From assembly GCA_038065395.1 (NCBI GenBank), contig JBBTRB010000004.1, positions 6,042 to 70,041 on the forward strand: a stretch of DNA of 64,000 nt, in the 5' to 3' direction. Positions 48,983 to 58,111 of this stretch are shown piece after piece. The DNA comes from Patescibacteria group bacterium. GTDB lineage: Bacteria; Patescibacteriota; Minisyncoccia; Phycocordibacterales; PALSA-1337. Position 1 is the stretch's first letter. Each line of letters begins with the position of its first letter. The notes under the pieces are model-generated. The model was not told where the DNA came from. It ran no database searches and worked only from the letters and a program-made list of their open reading frames with translations. The position numbers and the translations under genes were made by a program.

Positions 48983-49606
48983 ATGAAGATGTATTCCATA
49001 GGTATTGATGAAGTCGGTCGTGGACCTATCGCAGGCCCTGTGGCGGTTGGTGCTTTGGTATTTCTCAAACCTGAAGCCAGAAGACTTTTTCGTGGCGTGA
49101 AGGAATCGAAACAATTGACTGAAATAAAAAGAGAACAGTGGTTTCGGATTATCGAATTGGCGCAGAAGTCGGGACATGTAGATTTCAAGGTCACGTTTCA
49201 GAGTCAGAGAATAATTGATACCAAAGGTCTGTCATATGCTATCCGTACTGCATTGGCGCTTTCGTTGAATGGTTTGAAAGTCGAACGTCGCAAAGCGCAT
49301 GTTCTCTTGGATGGTGGACTCAAGGCGCCAGTGGAATATCTACATCAAAAGACGATCATAAAGGGAGATGAGAAAGAAGTGGTGATCGCCTTGGCATCTA
49401 TCTGCGCAAAAGTATTGCGCGACAGGAAGATGAACCTATTGGCCAAGAAGCATCCTGAATACGGCTTCGAAAAACACAAAGGGTATGGAACCAAGAGGCA
49501 TCATGAGGCGATCAGGAAACATGGTCTGCTCGAGGTGCATCGTCGAAGTTTTTGTCACGATATAAGAAAATTTGTTGTGCCCGGGGTGGGAGTCGAACCC
49601 ACATGA
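48983..49606 (+). CDS. rnhB: Ribonuclease HII
   Basis: GIDEVGRGPIAGPV, ESKQL, LDGG, IKGD, ASICAKVLRD, KGYGT. Confidence 0.93.
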   Translation: MKMYSIGIDEVGRGPIAGPVAVGALVFLKPEARRLFRGVKESKQLTEIKREQWFRIIELAQKSGHVDFKVTFQSQRIIDTKGLSYAIRTALALSLNGLKVERRKAHVLLDGGLKAPVEYLHQKTIIKGDEKEVVIALASICAKVLRDRKMNLLAKKHPEYGFEKHKGYGTKRHHEAIRKHGLLEVHRRSFCHDIRKFVVPGVGVEPT

Positions 49607-49661
49607 TCTTGCGATCGGCAAATTTTAAGTCTGCTGCGTAAACCAATTCCGCCACCCGGGC
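49578..49661 (-). tRNA. tRNA-Leu(TAA)
   Basis: GCCCGGGTGGCGGAATTGG..gcaga-ctTAAaa-tttgc, long variable arm, GGTTCGACTCC. Confidence 0.93.
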
Positions 49662-49752
49662 ATGGGTACACGATATCATGTATGTATAAGGGATTCCAAT
49701 ATATAAAAAACCCCACCGCGTCAGTTGCGGTGGGGGGGTGTTGTCGGTCTCG

Positions 49753-50004
49753 TCACTTTTGCAATCTTGATAAGATCCGAGAACCAACACAAAAGAGGGT
49801 AATCATCATTCCTACAATTAAGTAAAGGATTACCGCAGCCGAGGGGGACAAGTGAAAGATCGCGCCAGCAAAGGAAGAGAGGGAAAACATGAGTGATCCG
49901 AAAAATTGCGTAGCTGAGACCCAGAAGCCTTTGATGGCAAAAAAGATCCCGAATGATCCGATAAGAACAAGGATAATGTGAAATGTTCCAATGTTTTCGA
50001 ACAT
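49753..50004 (-). CDS. Small hypothetical membrane protein
   Basis: AGGAG SD before ATG 50004; hydrophobic; terminator at ~49705-49738. Confidence 0.55.
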   Translation of the reverse strand: MFENIGTFHIILVLIGSFGIFFAIKGFWVSATQFFGSLMFSLSSFAGAIFHLSPSAAVILYLIVGMMITLFCVGSRILSRLQK

Positions 50005-50093
50005 ACCAACTCCTGTGGTTGAAGGTTGTAAGAGCAAAAAAGACCAGACAATACTCTACCAATTTTGAATGATATCGTCAAACACTTGAATAA

Positions 50094-50274
50094 TGAGGCC
50101 ACGGCGAGATCGGTCCTTACAGGACCAGTACAGGCTTCGCGTCTCATTTCGTTCCTCGGCAAGCTCGGAACTCATTGCGACATGCTCAGCCTTTTCGATT
50201 CTCGCACGCAAAGCCCGCAGAGGCTTTGCTCTCTGAGGTAGACTGCTAAAGTTCGTAGTGAGGCCACGGCGAGA
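50094..50274. repeat. Duplicated tRNA-Cys 3' end (16 bp) flanking a ~150-bp multi-hairpin element
   Basis: tgaggccacggcgaga at 50094-50109 and 50259-50274. Confidence 0.75.
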
Positions 50275-50332
50275 ATCGAACTCGCGTATAGCGGTTTTGC
50301 AGACCGCCGAATTACCACTTTTCTACGTGGCC
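50261..50332 (-). tRNA. tRNA-Cys(GCA)
   Basis: GGCCACG..gcggt-ctGCAaa-accgc..GTTCGATTC..CGTGGCCT. Confidence 0.92.
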
Positions 50333-50396
50333 AGGGAAACTCAAGAAATTAGAAAAAAGAGATTAGAGATTGGAAAAATCTGTGATTTTCTAATAT

Positions 50397-50762
50397 CTAA
50401 TTACTAATCTCTTGTGACTTAGTATCTCCTATCTTACCTATTTCGTCCATCCTCTGTCGGTTCTTCTCGCCACTATCGATACGCACTTCGAAGAAAGGTA
50501 CACGTTGGACACGTGAATTTTTCATAACATATTCTCGGAACTCGGAGAGCTGACGCTTGGCGAACTCGAGTGCCGCTTGCTCCTTGTCCTCAGGAAGCAC
50601 CGTGATCAAGATGATCGCTTTGGAGGCACGATTGCGTAGGTCGATATTGGTGACCGTGATCAGGGATTGGCGGTTCGACTCGCGTGAGAAATAATCCGCT
50701 GCCAGTGCTCGGATGATCTCTTTGAGTTTGTCGTCTTTTTGATTCATGGGAGTGTGCGTCAT
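50397..50762 (-). CDS. rbfA: Ribosome-binding factor A
   Basis: LITVTNIDL..A.ILITVLP; RVPFFEVRID; directly downstream of infB. Confidence 0.82.
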   Translation of the reverse strand: MTHTPMNQKDDKLKEIIRALAADYFSRESNRQSLITVTNIDLRNRASKAIILITVLPEDKEQAALEFAKRQLSEFREYVMKNSRVQRVPFFEVRIDSGEKNRQRMDEIGKIGDTKSQEISN

Positions 50763-50794
50763 CCCCTCGAAGGAGGGGATCTACGCTTTGGTAT

Positions 50795-52375
<1,581 letters not shown>

Positions 52376-52449
52376 AGAGAGAAATCCAGTCTAGCAGGAA
52401 AAGCGTTTATTGACAACAAAAACTTTGAATGATGGAGTGAATATGCTTT

Positions 52450-52932
52450 TTATTTCCCCAACCCGGTCTTTGCATTCTCCAGCGACTCTACTTCTTCGTC
52501 TGATAGCTCGTGTTCCGTAACGTGTCTCTTGAGAGGTTTGGCGAAGACGCTGACATGGTCGCGAGAATAGAGACTAGAGAGGATCACACCATCACCTTCT
52601 TCGTTGATGAGTGTGGTCGCGAAGCTCTGGTTGCTACCGCCACCAGTACCCTTGAAGGGGTTGAAGCGGATCGTGTGTACCGACTGGATACTCTTGCGCA
52701 GGCGTTTCTCGACACCAGAGAGATAGGTTTCGAGCTCTGCTCGGAATGAGTGGAGGTTTTTGAGGTCACTGGAGACAGATGCGAGTGAGTCAGTGATCGT
52801 GTCTGAGTCTACATTGACCAGAAATTTCTTGAGTTTGGTGTGGAGCATCGTAACCCAGATGATAAGGACGACTACCAAGACAAAGAGGATGATCACGGCA
52901 ACAGCGAGTGGGTTTTCAAAAATAGAATTCAT
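52450..52932 (-). CDS. DUF4446-like membrane-anchored protein
   Basis: TM + IRFNPF..GSNQSF..GDGVILSSLYSRD..FAKPL..LSDEE. Confidence 0.75.
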   Translation of the reverse strand: MNSIFENPLAVAVIILFVLVVVLIIWVTMLHTKLKKFLVNVDSDTITDSLASVSSDLKNLHSFRAELETYLSGVEKRLRKSIQSVHTIRFNPFKGTGGGSNQSFATTLINEEGDGVILSSLYSRDHVSVFAKPLKRHVTEHELSDEEVESLENAKTGLGK

Positions 52933-53058
52933 ACATCTATTATACCTATACAAGAGGTTCTTGCACCTTTTGTCTGGAGGGTGTACGCTTGTTGTCAGTG
53001 CACATTTTATATGGATTGTTAGTGGTACTTGCATCCGCAAGTTACCAGGGAACACTCG

Positions 53059-53271
53059 ATGAAGGTCGTCGAGCAGATCTTCTTGTGCTTGCCGCTGCAC
53101 AGGATACGATCCAAGAACAAACTCTTTGGTTTGTACAGAATGACACCACTGTCGAATGGTCGCATCGAGATGAACTCTCTTTCGCTACCGTCTTCGGTTC
53201 TGACATTTTTACGAAAAGCCAGATTGTCTTTTGCCCCGATATTTCGGCACGCGATCCTCCGCTTACAGTGA
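53059..53271 (+). CDS. Possible small orphan protein
   Basis: Preceded by TTGCAC-17-TACGCT (52961-52989) and a boxA-like motif; no protein motif. Confidence 0.3.
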   Translation: MKVVEQIFLCLPLHRIRSKNKLFGLYRMTPLSNGRIEMNSLSLPSSVLTFLRKARLSFAPIFRHAILRLQ

Positions 53272-53424
53272 GGCGGGTGATAGAGGTCTCACAGCGACCT
53301 CTATCGTCCCGATCTCATTACAACTCAAGACACTCTTGAGGAATTGGCTAGCTTTTAACTCAAACAATTATCCCGCCATGTGCCGAACATGGCGGATTTT
53401 TATTTTCTACGCTATATTGACAAT

Positions 53425-54663
53425 ATGAGACGTATATATCTTGATTATGCTTCGCTCACGCCGGTTGATCCGCGTGTAACGGCAGAAATAAAGAAGTATT
53501 CAACCCAAGAATACGCCAACTCTTCTTCTTTGTACAAAGAGGGTGTATCTGCACGTACCGTCATTGAAAGTAGTCGCAAAAAGGTCTCTGACATGCTCCA
53601 TGCATTGCCAGATGAGATAGTCTTCACCTCTGGTGGCACCGAGGCCAATGGTCTCGCACTCGAAGGTGTGGGACGAGCAGCACATAGGAATGGCTTTACG
53701 AAACCACACCTTATCATTTCTGATATTGAACATTCATCCATCAGAGAATATGCCGCTATGATGGAAAAGCACGGCGTCGAAGTCACCCGTGTCGCGGTAG
53801 GTGCTGACGGTATTGTTTCTGCCGAAGATATCAAAAAGGCCATTCGACCCGAGACGTTCCTGGTATCAATCATGTACGTCAACAATGAGATCGGCACAGT
53901 CCAGCCAATACGTGAGATCGCAAAAGTGATCCGTCAGGCACGCAAAGAATTTTCAAAAGAAGGGGAAGATCGTCGATATCCGCTTTTCCATACTGACGCA
54001 TGTCAGGCACCACTCCATCTGGATATGAACGTTTCTCAACTTGGTGTCGACATGATCACGCTCGATGGAGGTAAGGTCTATGGTCCACGAGGTGTCGGAT
54101 GTCTCTATGTGCGAAGAGGAACTCCGATCGAGCCGATCATGTATGGTGGTGGTCAGGAGAGAGGTCTTCGCTCGGGTACCGAGAACGTCGCTGGTATTGC
54201 GGGCTTCGCTCGGGCTTTAGAATTGGCGACCATCATGAAAGAAAAAGAATCGCAGCGAATAGGGGAGTTGAGAGACTTTTTCATTGAAGAGTTACAAAAA
54301 ATAAAACCAGGTATTACGGTGAATCCAAGAGTTTTTTCAAATTCAGACAGGGGGGTGGAGGATAAAGATTTCTCAAAAATAGCAAAAATGGCTGAAGTGA
54401 CAAGAAAAGTTGTCACTTCGCCCCATATTCTCAATGTTTCAATTCCGGGCATCGATAACGAGTTTCTCCTCTTCCAGCTCGACGCGGGAGGAGTCGCTGT
54501 CTCGACCAAGAGCTCGTGTCTCCGTGATGAGGACGAGTCATACGTCCTGAAGGCGCTCGGTGCAGATACCACAACCTCCATCCGATTCTCTTTCGGCAGA
54601 TGGACCAAGAAAGGCCATATCTGCTCCACCCTTAAGATAGTAAAGAAGTTGCTGAATAAGTAG
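53425..54663 (+). CDS. iscS: Cysteine desulfurase (IscS/NifS)
   Basis: IYLDYAS.TP, FTSGGTEAN, EHSS, NNEIG, HTDACQ, K.YGPRG, RSGTEN, SSC. Confidence 0.9.
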   Translation: MRRIYLDYASLTPVDPRVTAEIKKYSTQEYANSSSLYKEGVSARTVIESSRKKVSDMLHALPDEIVFTSGGTEANGLALEGVGRAAHRNGFTKPHLIISDIEHSSIREYAAMMEKHGVEVTRVAVGADGIVSAEDIKKAIRPETFLVSIMYVNNEIGTVQPIREIAKVIRQARKEFSKEGEDRRYPLFHTDACQAPLHLDMNVSQLGVDMITLDGGKVYGPRGVGCLYVRRGTPIEPIMYGGGQERGLRSGTENVAGIAGFARALELATIMKEKESQRIGELRDFFIEELQKIKPGITVNPRVFSNSDRGVEDKDFSKIAKMAEVTRKVVTSPHILNVSIPGIDNEFLLFQLDAGGVAVSTKSSCLRDEDESYVLKALGADTTTSIRFSFGRWTKKGHICSTLKIVKKLLNK

Positions 54664-54699
54664 CCACAGATAAAGGTATCGGAATCAAAATAAGGCGAG

Positions 54700-54798
54700 C
54701 AGAACATGTATCGAGAAGTGCCCTGCGAGCGCGACTGGCGCGAGCACGAGGAATTTTTCAGCAGAAAAATATCCGTGCACTTCGAGATATATGTTCTG
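54700..54798. repeat. Multi-branched palindromic element upstream of rpsP
   Basis: cagaacatgtatc/gatatatgttctg, gaagtg/cacttc and inner hairpins. Confidence 0.65.
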
Positions 54799-54862
54799 GG
54801 AGCCGTACCAGCTTCAGACTAACCTTGCAATATATAGCCCATTCTGTTACTATCTCTCCCAC

Positions 54863-55228
54863 ATGTTAATGATCCGCCTACAACGCACAGGACGCAACCA
54901 CGAACCAACATTCCGTGTTGTATTGACCGAGTCCAAGAACGGCCCTCGCAGTGGCAAATATCTCGAGAATCTCGGCTGGTATGATACCCGCATCCAGAAC
55001 AAGCTCGAACAGCTCGATGTCGAGAAGATCAAGTACTGGATGTCTCAGGGTGTCAAACTCTCGTTGACCCTCCACAACTTCCTCGTCTCCAACAAGGCGA
55101 TCGCTGGCAAGAAGCTCAACGCATTGCCAAAGAAGACCGTCATCAAGAAAGACGCTCCTGCCGAGGCGGCTCCTGTCGCAGAAGCTGCTCCAGTTCCTAC
55201 CGAAGCTCCTGCAGTTGCAACAGCCTAA
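54863..55228 (+). CDS. rpsP: 30S ribosomal protein S16
   Basis: MLMIRLQRTGR..PTFRVVL..GKYLENLGWYD. Confidence 0.95.
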   Translation: MLMIRLQRTGRNHEPTFRVVLTESKNGPRSGKYLENLGWYDTRIQNKLEQLDVEKIKYWMSQGVKLSLTLHNFLVSNKAIAGKKLNALPKKTVIKKDAPAEAAPVAEAAPVPTEAPAVATA

Positions 55229-55333
55229 CTTTTCTTTTACCCACATATGCCTTGCGTGGCATGTTGCATTTGTTACACTTATCGCAGTACAGATCTCTGT
55301 ACCTCTTACTAATTATCTTCTAACACGACGATT

Positions 55334-55663
55334 ATGCAGCCAGATCAGCAATTTCTAGAATACGTTATCAAGGCTTTGGTAGATGCTCCAGATCAAGTAA
55401 AGGTCAACCGTACCGTAGATGAGATGGGAGTACTCCTTACGCTTGAAGTCGGCGCAGCAGATATGGGCAAGATCATCGGCCGACAGGGCAATACTGCCAA
55501 GGCAGTTCGCACACTCTTGCGCGTCGTGGGTATGAAGAACAACTCTCGTGTTAACCTCAAGATCAACGAGCCAGTCGGTGGTCTCAAGTCAGCAGAACGT
55601 ATGGCTGGATCTCCAACCGCAAAGACGATCGAAGAGGCTATGGCGGATCTCAAGCTCGAGTAA
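55334..55663 (+). CDS. khpA: KH-domain RNA-binding protein
   Basis: IKALVDAPD; DMGKIIGRQGNTAKAVRTLL; follows rpsP. Confidence 0.9.
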   Translation: MQPDQQFLEYVIKALVDAPDQVKVNRTVDEMGVLLTLEVGAADMGKIIGRQGNTAKAVRTLLRVVGMKNNSRVNLKINEPVGGLKSAERMAGSPTAKTIEEAMADLKLE

Positions 55664-55684
55664 AGAAGCAACAAGAAAAAAGCA

Positions 55685-55720
55685 AAAATCACCCCGAGTA
55701 ACGTCGAAGGGTGATTTTTT
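55685..55720 (+). terminator. Intrinsic terminator
   Basis: aaaatcacc..ggtgattttt. Confidence 0.65.
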
Positions 55721-55963
55721 GTTACGAAGATGCTACCTTGGTTGTAGAAAGGTTTTTTACATGAAAACAAAAAGAACATTTGGACAGTGGCGCAAATTGT
55801 ATTTTGGAGCACTTCGGAAAAGTGATGAGGCGCTCGATTTGTTTCAGGAGATGCTCATGGTGGCCAAATTCAAGGAAGAATTTCAAGAACTCCTGAGAAT
55901 CATATGGAGCGATGATCTGCTTCCTTTGGGTCATCCGGTGATCGGTTTCTGTACAACAGGGGT

Positions 55964-56509
55964 ATGTGTTGCGACCATGTATTCTGTGCCGGAGAAATCC
56001 CCTCGCTGACAGGTTTGCAAGAAACAATTAACCAGGAGTATTCCATGAATCATGTACACTACCAGTGTCATGTCAAAGTCAAGAAGTATAAAGTGCAGTA
56101 TGTCGGTGCCATTGCATTATGGGAATCGGGAGGAGGGCGACAAATCTTGTATTTCGATTCCAATAACCTCAATAAGCGAACGAAGGCCGAAATAACTTTC
56201 TTCACTGATTGTGCGTGTTCAAATATGTTTGCACACATGAAGCATTCAGCAGCTAAAGAACTTCGAAGACCTCGTCAAGCTGAATTACCCGTCTTCGCAT
56301 TCGGAGATTGTAATCGGTTTCAGCGGATTATTCTCATACCAGTCTTCACTGGCATAGAATTGACCCTCCACACAAATAAGGCTGTCCTAAAAGAACGTGG
56401 CTCTTGTACCTTGGTAAGTGGTGGGCAAATGCAGATCGAATTTTCAGAGGTTGATGAGTGGTGTCTGCAGCATATCCTGAGAAGACCGCTCGAGGCATTC
56501 ATCCAGTGA
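55964..56509 (+). CDS. Hypothetical protein, possibly frameshifted with 55761..56009
   Basis: Two overlapping ORFs fill the khpA-trmD gap. Confidence 0.35.
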   Translation: MCCDHVFCAGEIPSLTGLQETINQEYSMNHVHYQCHVKVKKYKVQYVGAIALWESGGGRQILYFDSNNLNKRTKAEITFFTDCACSNMFAHMKHSAAKELRRPRQAELPVFAFGDCNRFQRIILIPVFTGIELTLHTNKAVLKERGSCTLVSGGQMQIEFSEVDEWCLQHILRRPLEAFIQ

Positions 56510-56568
56510 CAAACTCACTCATTCGTGGTACAGTTAGTATCACGATTTTTTGTTGCACAGATATTGCC

Positions 56569-57288
56569 ATGACCACCTTCCACGTCATAACTTTGTTTCC
56601 AGAGAGCCTCGATTCGTATGTGAATACGTCTATTTTGAAACGCGCCCAAGAGAAAGGCCTTATTTCTATACAGTATTACAATCCTCGCGACTTTGTGGAG
56701 GTTCCCAAAGGCAAGATTCCTTCATATGCAGATCGTAGAGTAGACAATCGTCCTTATGGTGGTGGTCCAGGGATGGTGATAGAAGCACTTCCGGTGATAA
56801 AGGCGATTGAAGAAGCATTGAAGCATTCAACAATTAAACAATCCGAAAAAGGTAAAAGCAAGAAGTCTATGGCGCAGGTTAAAATAATTTTCTTTTCACC
56901 AGCCGGAGAACAATTCACCAACAAAGTCGCAGAGAAGTTCAAGAAATACACTGACATCGTCATGGTTTGTGGCCGTTATGAGGGTATCGATGCCCGTATC
57001 AAGAAAGCATTCCCCATGATCGACATCTCAGTTGGTCCATATGTGCTCACTGGTGGCGAACTTCCGGCTATGATCATCATCGACACCATTACTCGTCGTA
57101 TTCCAGGTGTTCTCGGTGATATCCAGTCACTAGAAGAAGAACGCATAGCAAGCCCTGATGTCTACACTCGTCCTGAAGTCATCGAGTACAAGGGCAAAAA
57201 GCTTCGTGTTCCCAAGATCCTGCTCTCAGGGCACCATAAGGAAATGGAAAAATGGAAGGAAGAAAGAAAAGGAAAAGGGAAGAAGTAA
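56569..57288 (+). CDS. trmD: tRNA (guanine-N1)-methyltransferase
   Basis: ITLFP, RPYGGGPGMV, CGRYEGID, YVLTGGE, YTRP, LLSGHH. Confidence 0.96.
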   Translation: MTTFHVITLFPESLDSYVNTSILKRAQEKGLISIQYYNPRDFVEVPKGKIPSYADRRVDNRPYGGGPGMVIEALPVIKAIEEALKHSTIKQSEKGKSKKSMAQVKIIFFSPAGEQFTNKVAEKFKKYTDIVMVCGRYEGIDARIKKAFPMIDISVGPYVLTGGELPAMIIIDTITRRIPGVLGDIQSLEEERIASPDVYTRPEVIEYKGKKLRVPKILLSGHHKEMEKWKEERKGKGKK

Positions 57289-57436
57289 TCCGACAACATT
57301 TTCTGCGGTCTGCACACTTGTGTACTACGCGGGTAAATATCTATAATTAGCACATACATCAACAGTTCAGGTTGCAACCGAATTCTCCATAAGCGCGGTT
57401 GTATGTGGCTTCTTATCCATATAAATACGAACATAT

Positions 57437-57766
57437 ATGAATCAAAAGATACTTTCACCTATGCAACATGATTATGTAACAAAGAAAGAGTTCAACGAAT
57501 TCAGAGACGAGATGTATGAATTCAGAACTGATATGGCTATTCGGTTCGATAACGTCGAAAAGAGCATTCGAGACCTCAGATCATACGTCGATGAGGGTTT
57601 TAGTAAGATGGAAGAATATATCAATAACAGTTTTATGGCCTTTGGTAGCGAGATAGATATAAAACTCGATAAACACAAAAAGGAGATACTGGAGGAGGTG
57701 CCAGGGATCATAGCGGTCGAAGTCCGCAAGGTGTTCCAAGAGTATTTCCCTAATCCACGAACATAA
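57437..57766 (+). CDS. Small coiled-coil hypothetical protein
   Basis: YVTKKEFNEF..RFDNVE heptad pattern. Confidence 0.6.
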   Translation: MNQKILSPMQHDYVTKKEFNEFRDEMYEFRTDMAIRFDNVEKSIRDLRSYVDEGFSKMEEYINNSFMAFGSEIDIKLDKHKKEILEEVPGIIAVEVRKVFQEYFPNPRT

Positions 57767-58111
57767 CTATGGGTAAGTCCCTCTATCCACTTGACACATA
57801 CGTTTCTATTTGCTAGCCTCAACCTAACTTCGCAGATTGAGTTCTGCTGTGCCATACCGAAGTTCCGATGCGCATCGGAACGAAGGTTGGCCATAAAGCG
57901 GAGGATTACAAGGCTCAAAATTGATCCTACCTGTGCATATATTACTCTAACGTGACATCGAGACACCACTCCATTTACCTGGCGGTGGATTTTTGCGTCT
58001 TTACATGTCCGTAGAAAAGGGGAGATATTCACAAGGTTTCCACAGGTTAATATGAGAGAGATGTGATACGCATTGAGTTCGGTTTTATTTTAATAATCCT
58101 TTACTATACCC

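Noticed and set aside
53399-53413. Fifth copy of the dispersed repeat (ttattttctacgct)
   Set aside because: Only ~14 nt of AT-rich match overlapping the iscS promoter; likely chance
57960-58010. Conserved rpoB leader RNA (tcca..ggtggatttttgcgt)
   Set aside because: Plausible small hairpin, but too short to support without comparative alignment
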